DNA of 63,537 nucleotides, the filler included, from Choristocarpus tenellus KU-1152 (Eukaryota > Protista > Phaeophyceae), in the NCBI GenBank assembly GCA_964200185.2. It is 13 parts of 13 records of this genome, joined end to end, with 100 filler letters (N's around TTAATTAATTAA, not from the genome) between each part and the next. Parts side by side here need not be neighbours in the genome. Positions count along the whole stretch, not along the records: positions 36,412 to 41,840 come from CAXNAD020010806.1; positions 41,941 to 46,316 come from CAXNAD020014842.1; positions 46,417 to 49,829 come from CAXNAD020020208.1; positions 49,930 to 52,851 come from CAXNAD020023640.1; positions 52,952 to 55,679 come from CAXNAD020025257.1; 8 more parts are not named here. One strand, given 5' to 3'. Position 1 is the stretch's first letter, and each line of letters begins with the position of its first letter. Under the pieces are notes generated by a model. That model had not been told where the DNA came from and ran no database searches. It saw only the letters and a list, made by a program, of their open reading frames with translations. Of this stretch, positions 41,455 to 54,675 are shown in pieces. The position numbers and the translations under genes were made by a program.

Positions 41455-41761
41455 TGTTACAGGCGCCCCCGAAAGCTTACCTCCACAGGATGTATAGCTC
41501 CAATCTATGGGCTTATAGATGGTACTGATGTACGTATAGGATTCCTGATGCACATGTCGTCAAGTATGCTGGATATCTCACTTGGATTATCATCAATATC
41601 ATCGTATAAAAAAGGAACTGATCAACGATATCTCATCACAATTGAGGACCATATGACGAAATAATAAATAAGTAATCAAGAAGTACAAATATATTAAATC
41701 TAGAACTTCAATATCATAATGGTGTTTATGAAACCGCCATCAAGACATATCGCCTGTGACA
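41455..41761 (+). mobile_element. Solo-LTR-like element, short variant; fragments also at 57452-57573 and 60489-60535
   Basis: tgttacaggcgcccccgaaagcttacctccacaggatgtatagc ... atcgcctgtgaca. Confidence 0.65.
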
Positions 41762-42495
41762 TGCCCCCCTCGCATGAAGCATAACTGCTTCAATGCGATA
41801 AAGAGGCGATTGGACAAGGATATATAATGTCACTCCTCATNNNNNNNNNNNNNNNNNNNNNNNNNNNNNNNNNNNNNNNNNNNNTTAATTAATTAANNNN
41901 NNNNNNNNNNNNNNNNNNNNNNNNNNNNNNNNNNNNNNNNCCCCCCCCCCAAGATACTTTGACCCAACAACTGATTCCAATGATGGATGAACAAAATACA
42001 CATAAGCGTATCATATCTCCCTCGTGTTTGAGGTAGCTGATGATCAATTCAAGCCCGAAAAAGACAAGTGGCACCAAGAGTCTCCCTACTCTGCCCACCA
42101 TTCCTCCTGCTCTCTAGGTTTTTGATGAGAACACTAGCCGTGCGCCATCACAGGTACACTTCTTGTGTTCAGGAGATTTAACAGGAGCAAAAAGTGCCTC
42201 CATCCTTCCCAAGGCCAACGAGATCAGGAGGATGTCCCAAGAAGTGAGCTGTGCTATGATAGCACAAACCATTTGCCCCAAGTCCACACTATTGTGGGGT
42301 GCATCCCTCGCAATGCGTTGGTTCTTGATCTCCCTGCTGTCGTGATGTACTTGGAACGTCAGTCGTACATAATGTGCACCATTCGGAGATTGTTATTATC
42401 CCAGGGGCTGACCTATTATCGTTTTTGAACGTCTCCATAAAAATTTTACATTGCTCTGCAACCTCCTTTCTATCAAGGGAGCCAGCCAGCGTTAT

Positions 42496-42756
42496 GTGTC
42501 AAAGCATTTAAGAGCGTAGGGTCACGTCGGTTCAGTCCGTTCATACATCCAAAGTTGCGATTTTAATTAATTTTGCCTATCGTGGACTGTTAGCAAGTGT
42601 CAATGTCCTCGCTCTAGATACGCCTTTCATAGTCGTATACATTTTAGATAACTGTGTTCACACAGAGAACTGAGAAAGAGCATATAAAAATGTGGGAAGC
42701 CAAGTCCCAAACAGACAAGCAGGGCAAAACCCCTACCCTCTTAAATGGTTTGGGCC
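42496..42756. mobile_element. MITE family A copy, diverged, TSD TAT
   Basis: tat|gtgtcaaagcatttaagagcgtagg ... cctaccctcttaaatggtttgggcc|tat. Confidence 0.85.
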
Positions 42757-44965
42757 TATGAGGACTATTGCCATTGCTAGTGTACCTGGTAATCAACAAG
42801 AAGTCTCGCACTTGTGATCCTGTCATGGAGTGACCACTTTGAGTGCCTTGCTTCTAATAAAGTAATATCGACATGAGGTGGTATAAACCGTAATATTAGT
42901 TTACAGTGGCACAAGGTTTGAAGAAGTAATTCTTCTCACCACCATACCTTTAACGATCCATCAAATTTTGTTCAGAAGTTGCTTTTGACTCTTGGCAGAG
43001 ACTCGTGACAGGTATTTCGATCAATCCCTGTTGAAGTATGTCGAGTCTGCTTAACAACCAAAGGTCTACAATTGCTTGGTCGACAATATACAAATTTTCC
43101 TCCCTCGGAGAAGATAAGGTTGAGAACACTTAATTTTTGCAGGGACTGTATTTTCCCACTACTCACCATCACCCACTTTTTTCACTGTGATTTATTTTTT
43201 CTTGTCTCTGTCACTCTTTTTTCTTTTTCTTCTCATTGTAATTGTTCGGACTCTCTCCTTACTCTGTTTGCAACATTGCAGTTGGAAAAATCCAGTCTTG
43301 AAAATTCGCCTAAGTGAGATATTGCTAAGATATACACTACTACCACATACACTACTACACTCTGTAGTGAAACTAAAGCTCCATTCTATGGTGGCTTGGT
43401 GGCACAGTAGAGGTAATTTCTCAGTATCTTAACGAAATAAGGGGCTGGGGTGTTTGGTACCTGTCTTAGTTCATGGACCCACAACATCCTAGTAGCCTCC
43501 ACCTAGTTCTCAAGTGATTACCTTAATCATCGCATTTTGCTTTTGAGCCTTGAAGGATACCCCATCACACTCTATCCCTTAATCCTCCGACATAAGGATC
43601 AACAGAGCAAATCGCCTCATCAAGCAGATTGCATTGCTTTGTCAAGTTCCCCCTACCTGAGAGATATCATCAAGATGTTGAGATGCTACTACTGTTGGTC
43701 CAATCCTTCATCATGGTCTCACACAATACTTGTGCCTTGATGATTTAGTTGTATTTCAACATCTCAACACCTATTCTCCTTCCTGCAAAAGTCATCTGAG
43801 CCCTCAAAAGTGTTCAAAATATCTACCTCGACGGAAATATGTCGATGAAATTTACCATCTGAGTAAGTAGTGACAGTCACTCTTTGAAATTCTGGGGGTA
43901 CTTGGTTGCCAAAGAGTCATGTACGAAACTGGCAACTCCTTTTCGTGAGAAAAGGGTGATTCGTGGGGGCGGTATGGTGGTATCAATGCAACCACTTAGA
44001 GTATAAAGCGGCTTCTTCATTCTGGTTTAGCGGTTCCCCTAACACTCACACTGTTAGGCCTAATGAAACCGGCACATCTTTCTATGTTACTGGGTGACAT
44101 TATAAACATGCACCACCCAGGTCAGACTTATGTGCAGCTAAGGTACACAAAGGAAATGTGCCACCTCCAACTTATTGTGCAAGGCAGTGTGATATGGTGG
44201 GTTAAGAGAGGAGGTTGACTACCAGTGTAAGGGAAGGGGGTTGACATTCCAACCTCACTGCAACATATATAGAGACTTTTCATATCATATAATATGCACT
44301 GAACAGCTTTTTCCAGCCTTCCACGGCTCTTTCCCTTGATCGTTCTCATTGCCCTTGCAAGGCCTTCTACCACAGGTGTTTTGTTTTTTATCTTTTTCAC
44401 TGTTGCGTCTTGTTCACAAAAACCGCACACATTTATAGAAGATCTACACACGCACTTTGTTAGAGATAGTCTGTATACAACCAGAAGATCTTGTATTGTG
44501 TTACAATATATTCTAGAGGTCCCAGAATAGGTCCTGACAAAAAAAAAAAATGCATATCACCTCACAGTCATCTCTTCTTGCCAAGATATAGTCTGCAAAA
44601 CTGTGTTGGCAGTCACCTCCTGCACCAATTTTGTGGTGCCATAACTTTTGATCAGAAACAATTTTTGAAAATTCATTTGCTCTAATCGCATCAGCATGCT
44701 TAACCTTCTTTGATGGCTCTCGGTAGGTCAATTTCCAGTAATCGTGAGAAATACAGGACCATACTTAAATCAAGTAGTCCGCGCGCGCGAACCGCGCATT
44801 TTAGGATGATTTTGACGCCAGAAGACGCCATCTTCACCTGGAGAACATTGGCGTTGTAGTCTCTCCATTCTCTTTCAATATTTCCCGTTTATGTGATGTT
44901 GTCACCTGCTAACCAAGGCTCACTCATGGGGCCCCAGACCTCTGAACCAGACGATCCGTGCCAAG

Positions 44966-45260
44966 TCAAATGAGGTATTCTGGAGTTGCAGGCGTTCTAT
45001 GAGACTTAAACGTCTTGTACACCCTGTCCAATTTGGTGCGCTCTATGCCTTTCTCGTTGGAATATATCAGGTGGCAAGCAATACTCATCCTGAAGAACCT
45101 CTCCACAACTACTCTGGGCAGTCCCTCTTCCTCCTTAAGACTGACAGGAATGTTGACTCTCATTTGAGGCAACATGTAGTCACAGTGGCCTCGTACATAG
45201 TGCTCCGCCCACCCCCAGACCATCTCTATCAGGTTCAATTCACTGTGTCCTGTGAGGGGC
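44966..45260 (-). pseudogene. C-terminal remnant of a DDE transposase
   Basis: GHSELNLIEMVWGWAEHYVRGHCDY...RF fits the H-x-E-L-N-x-I-E-x-x-W catalytic-glutamate motif; the upstream part is absent. Confidence 0.7.
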
Positions 45261-45362
45261 AGGCGACAACTCGGAGCTCATTGGGCGTCACAAGTGTCCT
45301 GTGAGTGGCTTAAAAAGTATTGAGCCGAGGCCCGCCCACGTACCGTTTTGGCGGTCACCAAT

Positions 45363-45669
45363 CTTGGTTTTTATTAAAGGGTTGCCCAACTAGTTAATCA
45401 ACGATCACCATATCGAATGAAAGCTCTTAATCTAGGCTATCGATTTACGCAAGAATTTTTTTTCTCAAAAATGTGTTTGGTCATGATAATTAATTCCGAA
45501 ACATTTTCGAGGTTGTGCCGAAAACATTCGGTTAAAATACCAAACTTACTTACCAAAATAGTTTTCCAAAATAATTCATTTGGGGAAATCGATAACTTAG
45601 ATCAAGAGCTTTCATTCGATATGCTGATCGTCGTTTAACTCGTTGAGAAACCTTTTTAAAAAAATCAAG
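45363..45669. repeat. Foldback element with ~85-bp imperfect inverted arms
   Basis: acgatcaccatatcgaatgaaagctcttaatctaggctatcgattt pairs with aaatcgataacttagatcaagagctttcattcgatatgctgatcgt. Confidence 0.88.
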
Positions 45670-45717
45670 CCCGGTCTGATCCAAGAGGCGACAGCCAACA
45701 ATATATATATATATACA

Positions 45718-46190
45718 TATACCTTGGCGGAGGAAAGTTTTGGGCGCCTCGGCAAGCAAGCGGAAAGCTTCCTAGATGAGCTGGCTACTCACATAGTGGG
45801 GGGGAGAGGAACTGGAGGATTTAGCAGAAAAGGAGTAGCCAAATCCCGGCTAAATTTACATTTTGTCGGTGACTACGCAAGTGGCACTGTCTAGACGTGT
45901 GCTGCGTTTTAAGCTAGAGTCACCAGGGAGATGGGCACAGAGGGGTTTATTGGATTCTTGGGATGCCTCCCTAGCTCCTCCCCCTGCGGGGCGCAGGAGT
46001 AGGTAGTTTGGAAGCACAGGAAGGCAGTAGTACAATATTGATAGTGTTGAAGTAACAAGTAGAAGATTAGTGTTTTTCACATTTACGATAATTTATTTCT
46101 TTAGGGCTTATTATACTGACCTGACATATGTATAGTTTTCATTTGTTCCCCCCCTGACACATCAATAAAATGTCAAAGGGCATAATAATA
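45718..46190 (+). mobile_element. 3' fragment of the CRE-like non-LTR retrotransposon
   Basis: ESFGRLGKQAESFLDELATHIVGGRGTGGFSRKGVAKSRL plus the shared 3' UTR and TAA tail. Confidence 0.75.
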
Positions 46191-49100
46191 AATATATGGT
46201 ATATGTTCTTGTGTTCATATTCTTGGAATATATGTAGTGATGATACTGAATCAAATTCTACATATTTGGAGAAATGGTACTGTTGAAATGCTTGGGGTCA
46301 AAGTATCTTGGGGGGGNNNNNNNNNNNNNNNNNNNNNNNNNNNNNNNNNNNNNNNNNNNNTTAATTAATTAANNNNNNNNNNNNNNNNNNNNNNNNNNNN
46401 NNNNNNNNNNNNNNNNCACTTGGCCTTTTGTGGGGGCTGGGGTTCCGCCCTTTGCTTTTCCGGTCTGTTAAAGTTAAATACCCCCTCGCCCCCCCCCCCC
46501 CCCCGCCCTCATATGATCCCTCGATAGGCTGTCCAATAGGCGATCACAGTGAGGTGGGTGGGTTGTGCTCTTCTTTATCATATATGGGTGCAGAGACAGT
46601 ATCAAGTCCCAAACTGAGCTCACAATGAAAATATTTTAATAAGTTGGCATTCCTGACAGAGTGAAGTACTCAAGGTCAAGTTCGGTTCATAGTTTTGGGC
46701 TTGGATGTCAAAAAAAATTATCCACGATTTCGATGGGTGGTGTGACCACTATCTATTTTTGCAAAGAGACATGTTGCAGGGAAAATTGTGAAACCCTCAC
46801 AATGCACCAGACTCATTGCCAAACCGGAAAGACCTTAATCTTTACCGAATATATTTCATTCTCACATTCCTCCTTTGATGGGAGAAATAAAAATTAGAGA
46901 CAATATTATTTACTCTGGAGTATATTGTAATATCTGTTTTCAGGTCTACAATAATATATTTTTCAGGGTAGGGATTGAGTACAGAAGAACCCACAAAGTA
47001 CTTGGTTGGAGGTGTATGTGCTCTGCTGTTAGAGCACGTGCTTAGATCAAAGTTTATACACTTTGTAAAATGTATGTGTGTATCAATTGTGAAGTAGTGA
47101 TTGCTCCAATGTTTGCTACACGAGACCACTGTTGACGTAATTCACTCCCCATCCACTCCCCTTGTAACATGTACTCATCACCAGGTGGGTCCACATCACT
47201 ATCATGATGTGCCAAGTTCGTTCTCCTTCAATCATAAAACACCTAACAAGCACTTGTTGAAGGCTGGCAAAGGGGGGGAACAGGGCAAGGTGAGCTGTGT
47301 ATCGGTACAGAAAGTTAATTGTTGAAAGTGGCGAGTTCAGGAGGGCGTGTAATTGTTTTGAGCTATTTTTGTTTTCTTTTTTCCATTCTTGATGTGATTT
47401 TTATTTTTTATGAAGCAAATACGCAACCATATTCCACATGCTAAACACATCATCACAGAGTTGCTCAGGGTTGCCTCGCATGGATGGCTAAGGCAAAGAG
47501 GCCATTGAGTAGATGCTTTGTTGGAAAGGTTGTTCCACCCTACCGGAAAGTACTCCATTTGGTGGATGATATTGTTTGGATGATGTAAAAGAGAGTTCCA
47601 CCATTGCCCCCACTTGATTGCTGACTTCACAATATCGGTCAACATCAGAAGATACTGTGAAGCTGAAGGGACACGCTGTTTGTTCTGTTGAAACGTTTTT
47701 GGTGTGCACCTGGCACTGCTTGCAGAACACTTCCAAGGGGAAAGGTTCACTCCACGCCAAATACCTAGCAGCCCTGCAGTACCAGGTACTTAAAAGTATG
47801 ATGTAGTGTGACATTTTTCTAATGCTGTAATTTGCTTCCTCGATAGTAGTGCACTCCCTCCCTCTCCCTCCAACCTATCAATACCTAAAAACATGTTCAA
47901 GATTCTGTTTTTCTCTGGATTGTAAATCATTTTGCTCAATTCTGTGAGTAATATCAAACTAGGGTTAGGGTTATCATTAGAGGTAAAGGGTGTGCTGCAG
48001 TGCAAAAAACTAGTTAAGGGTTACGGGGTCTTTTGTCTGTTAGATTGATGGTGACCCTATCTGATTTGTTTGTGTTTCTGCGGTCATTTTTTTTTAATCC
48101 CAATCAAACATGTTTTTTTATTGAATCTCTGCAATTGAGTCACCACAGTTCAATTATATCACGAATACTTGACAAGGAAATCAAGGAGTAAGCTTTTGTT
48201 TTTATATTTTCCCTTGTGCGGGTGTACTCTGCTCGCAGTACTCTGTGGGTCTCAGCGTTTCGTGCACAATTTGATTACAATCTGATTACAATTTGAGCGT
48301 ATTGAATTTTTTTCAGCCAGTTAAGTCACAATAAGAATAGGACTCAATTCTCAAAGCTTCAAATCCTGTGCTGTTTTGTCAGCCTTCCAGGTGTACTTGT
48401 TTTCACACATACGTTTGCCTATTGCCTTGACAGAGTGTCCTTGTCCTCGCGACTACTAATATCAGCATGTGTCAGTGATGGCTTTCACATTACAATGGTC
48501 ACACTTAAGTGCTTGACTTGGATCAAGGGTTGGAGGGGAGGAATACAAGACTGTTCTTTTGTGCAGGGTTGTCACTAAGCAGAAGAACAGTGCGGTCAAA
48601 CCCGTTCAATACTCTAGATGTACATGAAGACCTCATATCGAACAGCACTGGTTGCTGTTGGGTCTCCTGCAATGTTGTACGTCACCTTACCTTTGGACCA
48701 TGTCAGTCCAGAGGTCTACATGCTACCATGATGGAAATACCTTTGGGGGGGTACAGTAATGTACTGCTATGTTTTTGTATTTTATACACCACTTACACGG
48801 CAAGTGTATGGAGTGTCTATTCGTGGAGTTTTTTCCGACTATGGAGGTTTGCGTTGGGGGTGTTCATTTTTTTTTAATCGCATACAGGTTTTCTTTTATC
48901 CAGGGGCGAAGGAGGCATGTGCACAAGAAGTAATAAATGCACACCCCAGGGGAAACGGATTGATAAATTATGTGCGTATGTTCATTTTATTTTTTCAAAG
49001 ATTCACCATGCCAACAAGAACCACTACACCCTAAAAACATGAAGAGGATACTCCAGAGTATAGTAGCAATGTAGGAGATGTTTTGAACTGGGTATTGCAG

Positions 49101-49949
49101 TAATGTGCTTGTAGAAACCGTGACCCAGCCCAATTGAACCTTCCACTGTCGCACAACTAACGTTATACTTACATGAAATTGTGTTACAAGCATATATACG
49201 TTTATTTTTAGTTCAGTACGATATATAGCAAGAATGTACGTAACGGCATGATGAGTGAATCTTTGGTCATACATCAGCGATAATGGATGACTAAAGACAA
49301 AGGTTGGCAGATAATTGATAAATCGGTATATTTTCGCCATGTAGCCCACCAGCAGCTTCTGGCAATGAGCCTTTCCTGCGCAAAGCTATTCAACATCCAC
49401 TGCGGTTCAATGGAAGGTCATAGTCTCTACCTTTTTCGAACTGTAAAGTATTTGCTCCAGTTCTGGAAAGGGCATTGACTCATGAGTGAGGATGGGGCGG
49501 AGGTGGGAGCAGAGCTTTAAGAGTGTGGCTTGTGAGTGGGGGGGGGCACCCAGATTGATTAAACTCTCTATCTAGCATTCTGTTGAAGTTGGTTTACCTG
49601 ACACAGGCCGAGGCAATGGTTGCCACCAGTGCTAGAAGCAGAGGATGCGCCCTGTACCAAGTTCTTCAGGTACAGCAAGGATGCTGCCATGGTTGACAAC
49701 CAGGAGCTCAGGACTCCCGGGGTAGGCATGGGTTCCACAGGTCATATTGAGAAAGCCTTCAAGTTGCGAGGTGCCTGGAGGGCGGGTGTGGGTGGGATGG
49801 ATTGGGGCTATAGGGGGGTGAGACAAGGGNNNNNNNNNNNNNNNNNNNNNNNNNNNNNNNNNNNNNNNNNNNNTTAATTAATTAANNNNNNNNNNNNNNN
49901 NNNNNNNNNNNNNNNNNNNNNNNNNNNNNGCGAAGGGGGTCCGCACTGG

Positions 49950-50820
49950 TTGGTCATCGGATAGGGGGGGGTGACTGGAAATCAGTGGCGAAGAGGTCGC
50001 ACTGGTTGGTCACAAGGGTTGTTAGGATATAGGGAGAAAAGGGAATAGGGAGGAATACAAATGTAGAATAAAATAATATTAATAATCCAGAATTCGTGAG
50101 CAAAACAAAGAAATGATAATCAACAATTAACGTACAACTTTCATCTAAGAAGAAGAAAGAGAAAACAAAAGAAGGACAAACAAGAGAACAAGAGAACAAA
50201 CTTGAATCAATATGTGATGCAACGCAAGTGACGCATATTATTCCTATATATATAATGAAGAGCGATTGTTCTGTACTGCGGTGTTCTGCCAGCGGTAATT
50301 GATGTGGTGATGATGAACTAGTGGCAGTAACGACCATTGCGTCACAGACCAATCAATAGTCAGTGTTGACTGTTGGAACTGTATCGTATCAAGGAAAAAC
50401 AGATGAGTAGCCTATGTTTTAACAGATTGGTTGGGTCACTGGATTACTGGATCGCCAAAGTTGGCTGGTGACTGGAAATCAGCTGCCAAGATTAGCCGCT
50501 AAGATTGCTCCAACTGGTTGGTCATCAGATATGGCTGGTGACTGGAAATCAATGGCGAAGATTCGTCGCACTGGTTGATAACTGGTATGCTGTATCGGCA
50601 AAGTCGGCTGGCGACTGGAAATCAGTTGTGAAGATTGGTTACACTGGTTGGTCACTAGACACGTGGGATTGGTCGCATTGTTTGGTCATCGGATATTCTG
50701 GAAATCAGTGGCGAAGATTGGTTGCACTGGTTGGACACTGGACACAATGGATTGACCGCATTGGTTGGTCACTGGAAACAATGTAAGACTAGGCAAATTA
50801 ATAATTTCAATTCGCGAGGG
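49950..50820. repeat. Degenerate tandem repeat (~60-85 bp units, core GTGACTGGAAATCAGTGGCGAAGATTGGTCGCACTGGTTGGTCA)
   Basis: Units at ~49970, 50468, 50538, 50611, 50697; a related end lies at 11932-12025. Confidence 0.8.
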
Positions 50821-51439
50821 AAACTAAATTGAAAATAGAGCGGGTATACCTATACAAGAGAGGTCGATATAAGAGGGGGTAGGTAAATTGCCTTGTGACG
50901 ACTTTTCAGGCAATAAGAGAAGTTTTGGTGTTTTCCTCTCCATTCTCTCTTACATTGAGCAAACTAACATTATTTTTCATTACTTGATTGAGGGATTTCC
51001 CAAAAAGCCAACTCAAAAGTTAAGCAAAATATAGCAAAGTAAGACAAACTCGTTTGAGGCCGGCTGGACACAGCATAGCAGTATTTCGTCTCTCTCAATA
51101 CTGCACAGTACAGTACATATAGTATATCACATCAAGTTTAGATGACTGCATTGTACAGATGTAACGATGCCCTGCGCAGCGGGATCCAGCTGCAACATAC
51201 CCTGGTCCACCACACTATACATGCCATAAATGTCGCGTTTGTAGTGGCTATCTTCATAGGATTTGCAGCATTGTGGATCCTTTTTGGGCCAGCGAAATGA
51301 GAAGCGTATGCAAATTGTGCGTGAGCCCCACCAAGCGCAAGACTTCGAGTCCTCCAGCCAGTGACAATATGGCGTTGAAGTGCCACGATAAGAAGAACAA
51401 TGGCAAGGGGAAGATGCTCCCAATAAATCTACGGAGAAA

Positions 51440-52606
51440 GATGCGTCCTACAAGCCTCGCGGTGCTGACAATCGTAAACGCTTGAGCTTTGCAGAGAAGG
51501 TGGCAGCATTGACACTCCTGAAGACCATGATGGGAACTGCGGTTGCTCAAAAGTTTGGAATCGTTCACAGCACCCTCTACATATTAAAGGAGGCAACAAC
51601 CATCATGGAGAAAGCGCAAACGCTGAAGCCTGATGTCAAGTCTATGAGAGGTGCCAAACATGCCTATGTGCTTAAGCGTGTGGATTGAAAGTCTGAAAGA
51701 GTGAAAGTACCTTAGAGGGTACGAGTTTTGCCCTGTTTGTCCATTTGGGGCTTGGCTTCTCACGTTTTTTTTATGACGTTTTCCTACTCCGAAATGTTTC
51801 GGAGTAAGTAAAATGTGTACGTTATGAAAAGGTTTGTCCGGAACAAGGATATTGACACTTTCTAATAAACACGATAGTCAATTTACATCAAAATCAGAAC
51901 ATTGGATTTTGGTCCCCTAATAGACGCGGCTCTACCTCTAAAATGCTTTGACTCAAAGTAGGTTGATTGTGATCGTGATAGAATTGTTTTTCTGCAATAT
52001 CTGCTGATGAGGATCATGGTTGAATTTTTGAAATTTGCGCGCGTTTCTGTCGTACTGTAATGTCTGTATTGTGTTCTGTAGTATCACAGGTGACCATTCT
52101 GCTCGTAGAGGTACTTCCCACAAGGTGTCCCTATATATTAATGATGATCTCTCCGATGCTCTTGACACTGACACTGACACTCTGCACAGAAAATCGTCTC
52201 AGACTTCCATCGACTAGTGAAAGCATGGATCGGTGTGGAAGGCAGTGATGAAATGGCCAATGTGATACTAGAGGACATTAAAGACCAGCTGCTCGAGGAA
52301 TCCTTGTACCAGTCAGACAATGAATGCTCAGATGACGAGGATGATGGTGGGTTTATTGGAGGGGGCAGTGCATTGGAGGCGGTGAGGAAAGGAGCAGCCT
52401 CTTCAGTGTTCTCGATTCCTCCACTGCTGTACTCTCAAGTTGCTGACGAGATTGCAAACTTAGAAACAACTGCCGAAGAGTGCAGCATGAACATTGTTTC
52501 GTACTATCTCGAGAAATCAAAGCTGGCTTGGCTCAGCGCAATTGGGGCAAGGGCGATCAAACAAGCAGACATCCCCGATTTTTTGGCAGTCGCGATTTTT
52601 TATTAG
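51440..52606 (+). pseudogene. Internally deleted pogo/Tigger-like (CENP-B type) transposase remnant
   Basis: N-terminal HTH LSFAEKVAAL...VAQKFGIVHSTLY...KSMRGAK and an acidic C-terminus ending KQADIPDFL; no DDE core visible; interrupted by MITE A. Confidence 0.6.
51699..51954. mobile_element. MITE family A copy, TSD AAA
   Basis: aaa|gagtgaaagtaccttagagggta ... gctttgactc|aaa. Confidence 0.92.
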
Positions 52607-53147
52607 CGAATAAGTTGTTTTACACAGTGCGTGCTATGGGAGGTCCGTGGCAGTGAAGCTGCATTTGATCCACGGTGGCGTTTTTGATACTGTACTGTAC
52701 AATATCCTTGTAGAGTGCAATGGAATACGTAGGGCAGGGCATTATTGGAGGTAGATTGGCTTTGGACGTTGATTTGATTTGAAGTGCAAGTTGTCTGTGG
52801 GTCAAAGTATCTTGGGGGGGGTGGTGGTTTGTGAGGGGGCGTCCGTTTCGGNNNNNNNNNNNNNNNNNNNNNNNNNNNNNNNNNNNNNNNNNNNNTTAAT
52901 TAATTAANNNNNNNNNNNNNNNNNNNNNNNNNNNNNNNNNNNNNNNNNNNNGTGATGAATGTAGCTGTTGGAGGAGTTAGTGGTTTCTTCCCGGATGGAG
53001 AGGTAAATAAAGTCAATGTTGGCGATTGGGTGGGGGTGGGGGGGAGGGGGCAGGGGGTTGCACTTCGATTGCGGTTCTGGGAACGAATTCTACTTCCTAA
53101 CCCTAACCCTTGAAAAAAAACCTTGGAAAAACTTTGTTCTGTTTTTT

Positions 53148-53419
53148 GAGTGAAAGTGTCTTAGAGGGTACGAGTCTTACCCAGCTTGTCTGTCCGTTCT
53201 GGGCTTGACCTCCCGCGGGTTTTTGAGGACATTTTCCTAACTCCGAGAATCATTTCGGAGTGTGTAAAATGCATACATGAAAAAGGTGTGTCTGGAACAA
53301 GGATATTGACGCTTCCTAACAAACACACGATAGCCAACACTATACATCAAAATCGCAACATTGGAGTTTGGTCCCCAAACGGACACGGCTCTACCCCTAA
53401 CCCTAAGATACTTGGACTC
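53148..53419. mobile_element. MITE family A copy inserted in a T-run
   Basis: gagtgaaagtgtcttagagggta ... ccctaagatacttggactc. Confidence 0.9.
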
Positions 53420-54576
53420 TTTTTTGTTTAATTCTTAAAAAAAATAAAAAATCACTCTGTGTTCCTGAGGTCGTTCGTCTCTCTTGCATTAGGATTTTAG
53501 AGTAGTATAGCCAGTTTCGGGCACTCGTGGTGAGGGGTTAGGGTTAGGGTTAGTTAGTTCACTGTGATGGATCTTTGTATTGATTATATTGTGTTGTACT
53601 GGTGGTGGTGCACCAGTCCTCTCAGTGTGCAACACAGTCGGTGAGGTTCTTAGATTTAAGAAAACACACAGACACACACACGCACACACACAACACACAC
53701 ACACAAATCAGCAACTCTGCTGATATTCCGACCATACTATATTTTTTTTTCATTTTTCCTGTTGGTAACTGAAGGAGGAGCAATCGTGGGGATTCAATAC
53801 AGTGTGTTCTTTTTATCTTTCTCATTTTTTTGTTTTTTTTGGCGAGCATCGAAGTGATTGAAAAAAAAAGAAAAAAAAGAAAGGTGTTTGGTTTGGGGAG
53901 GATGGAAGGGGGATGATGGTAGCGGTGTTGGACAGGTCAGTGCCCTGTACAAAAAGAGAACATTTGATAATGGATTTTTTCGTTTAAAAAAAAAATCTTT
54001 TATTAAGAGAAGATAGAAATTGAATTTAACTTTTTCCTCTCTGAAAAAAAAAAAGAAAGATAGAGTGTATGTTTTGGAATAATTTTTAATAATTGGCTTG
54101 ATGAAATTCTTCTTCTCATTATTATTATTATTATTATTAGAGGTCTGGGAAGAATCTACGTCAATAATAGATCGATAAAATAATAATAATAAATGTGCCG
54201 ATAATAGGAACATAAAGTCTTCGACTTCTAAACGCGCTGGAGATAATAATACAAAAAAAACAGTACTGCAGTGTAACAACTTAAAAAAAAAAATCATTAT
54301 TATTAAATTATTGCTCATTTCTATGCGAGTGCTTCGAAGCCACTCTACGGTATATACCGGAGGAGTGCGCATTACTATTATTTACTTACTTATATCTATA
54401 TATTTATATTACAACAATGTTCAATAATACAAGATAATAACAAATAAAATAAAATAAACTGGTTGGTAGTGTTTGAAATTTCGAAAGGTGCCGCCGAAAG
54501 ATCGCGACTGGATCGTTCTAATCGCGTAGAGGATTATATTAAAAAAAAAAAACATTCACGCCTCCGGCCTCCTCAG

Positions 54577-54675
54577 GTGCTCGCGTTCATCCAAGAAGTG
54601 GTGAGGGAGCCCGCCTTCATTGCCGGGAACTCCCTTGGGGGTTACCTCGGAGTCAACCTCGCCGCCAATCATCAG
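54577..54675 (+). CDS. Internal exon of an alpha/beta-hydrolase (pheophytinase-like clade)
   Basis: cag|VLAFIQEVVREPAFIAGNSLGGYLGVNLAANHQ|gt: G-x-S-x-G nucleophile elbow; GC-rich 99-nt exon in AT-rich flanks. Confidence 0.85.

Noticed and set aside
42172-42243. LPKANEIRRMSQE as ribosomal protein uL29
   Set aside because: Only ~13 residues of resemblance, and no continuing exon was found.
46660-49670. Several AG/GT-bounded open segments suggesting a plus-strand gene (similar candidates at 37490-37635, 40677-40850 and 56300-56870 on minus)
   Set aside because: Plausible exons, but with no recognisable domain or verifiable phase chain.
50420-50790. Repeat-spacer-like array as CRISPR
   Set aside because: Units are degenerate and variable in length, the intervening sequence is itself repetitive, no cas genes are present, and the context is eukaryotic.
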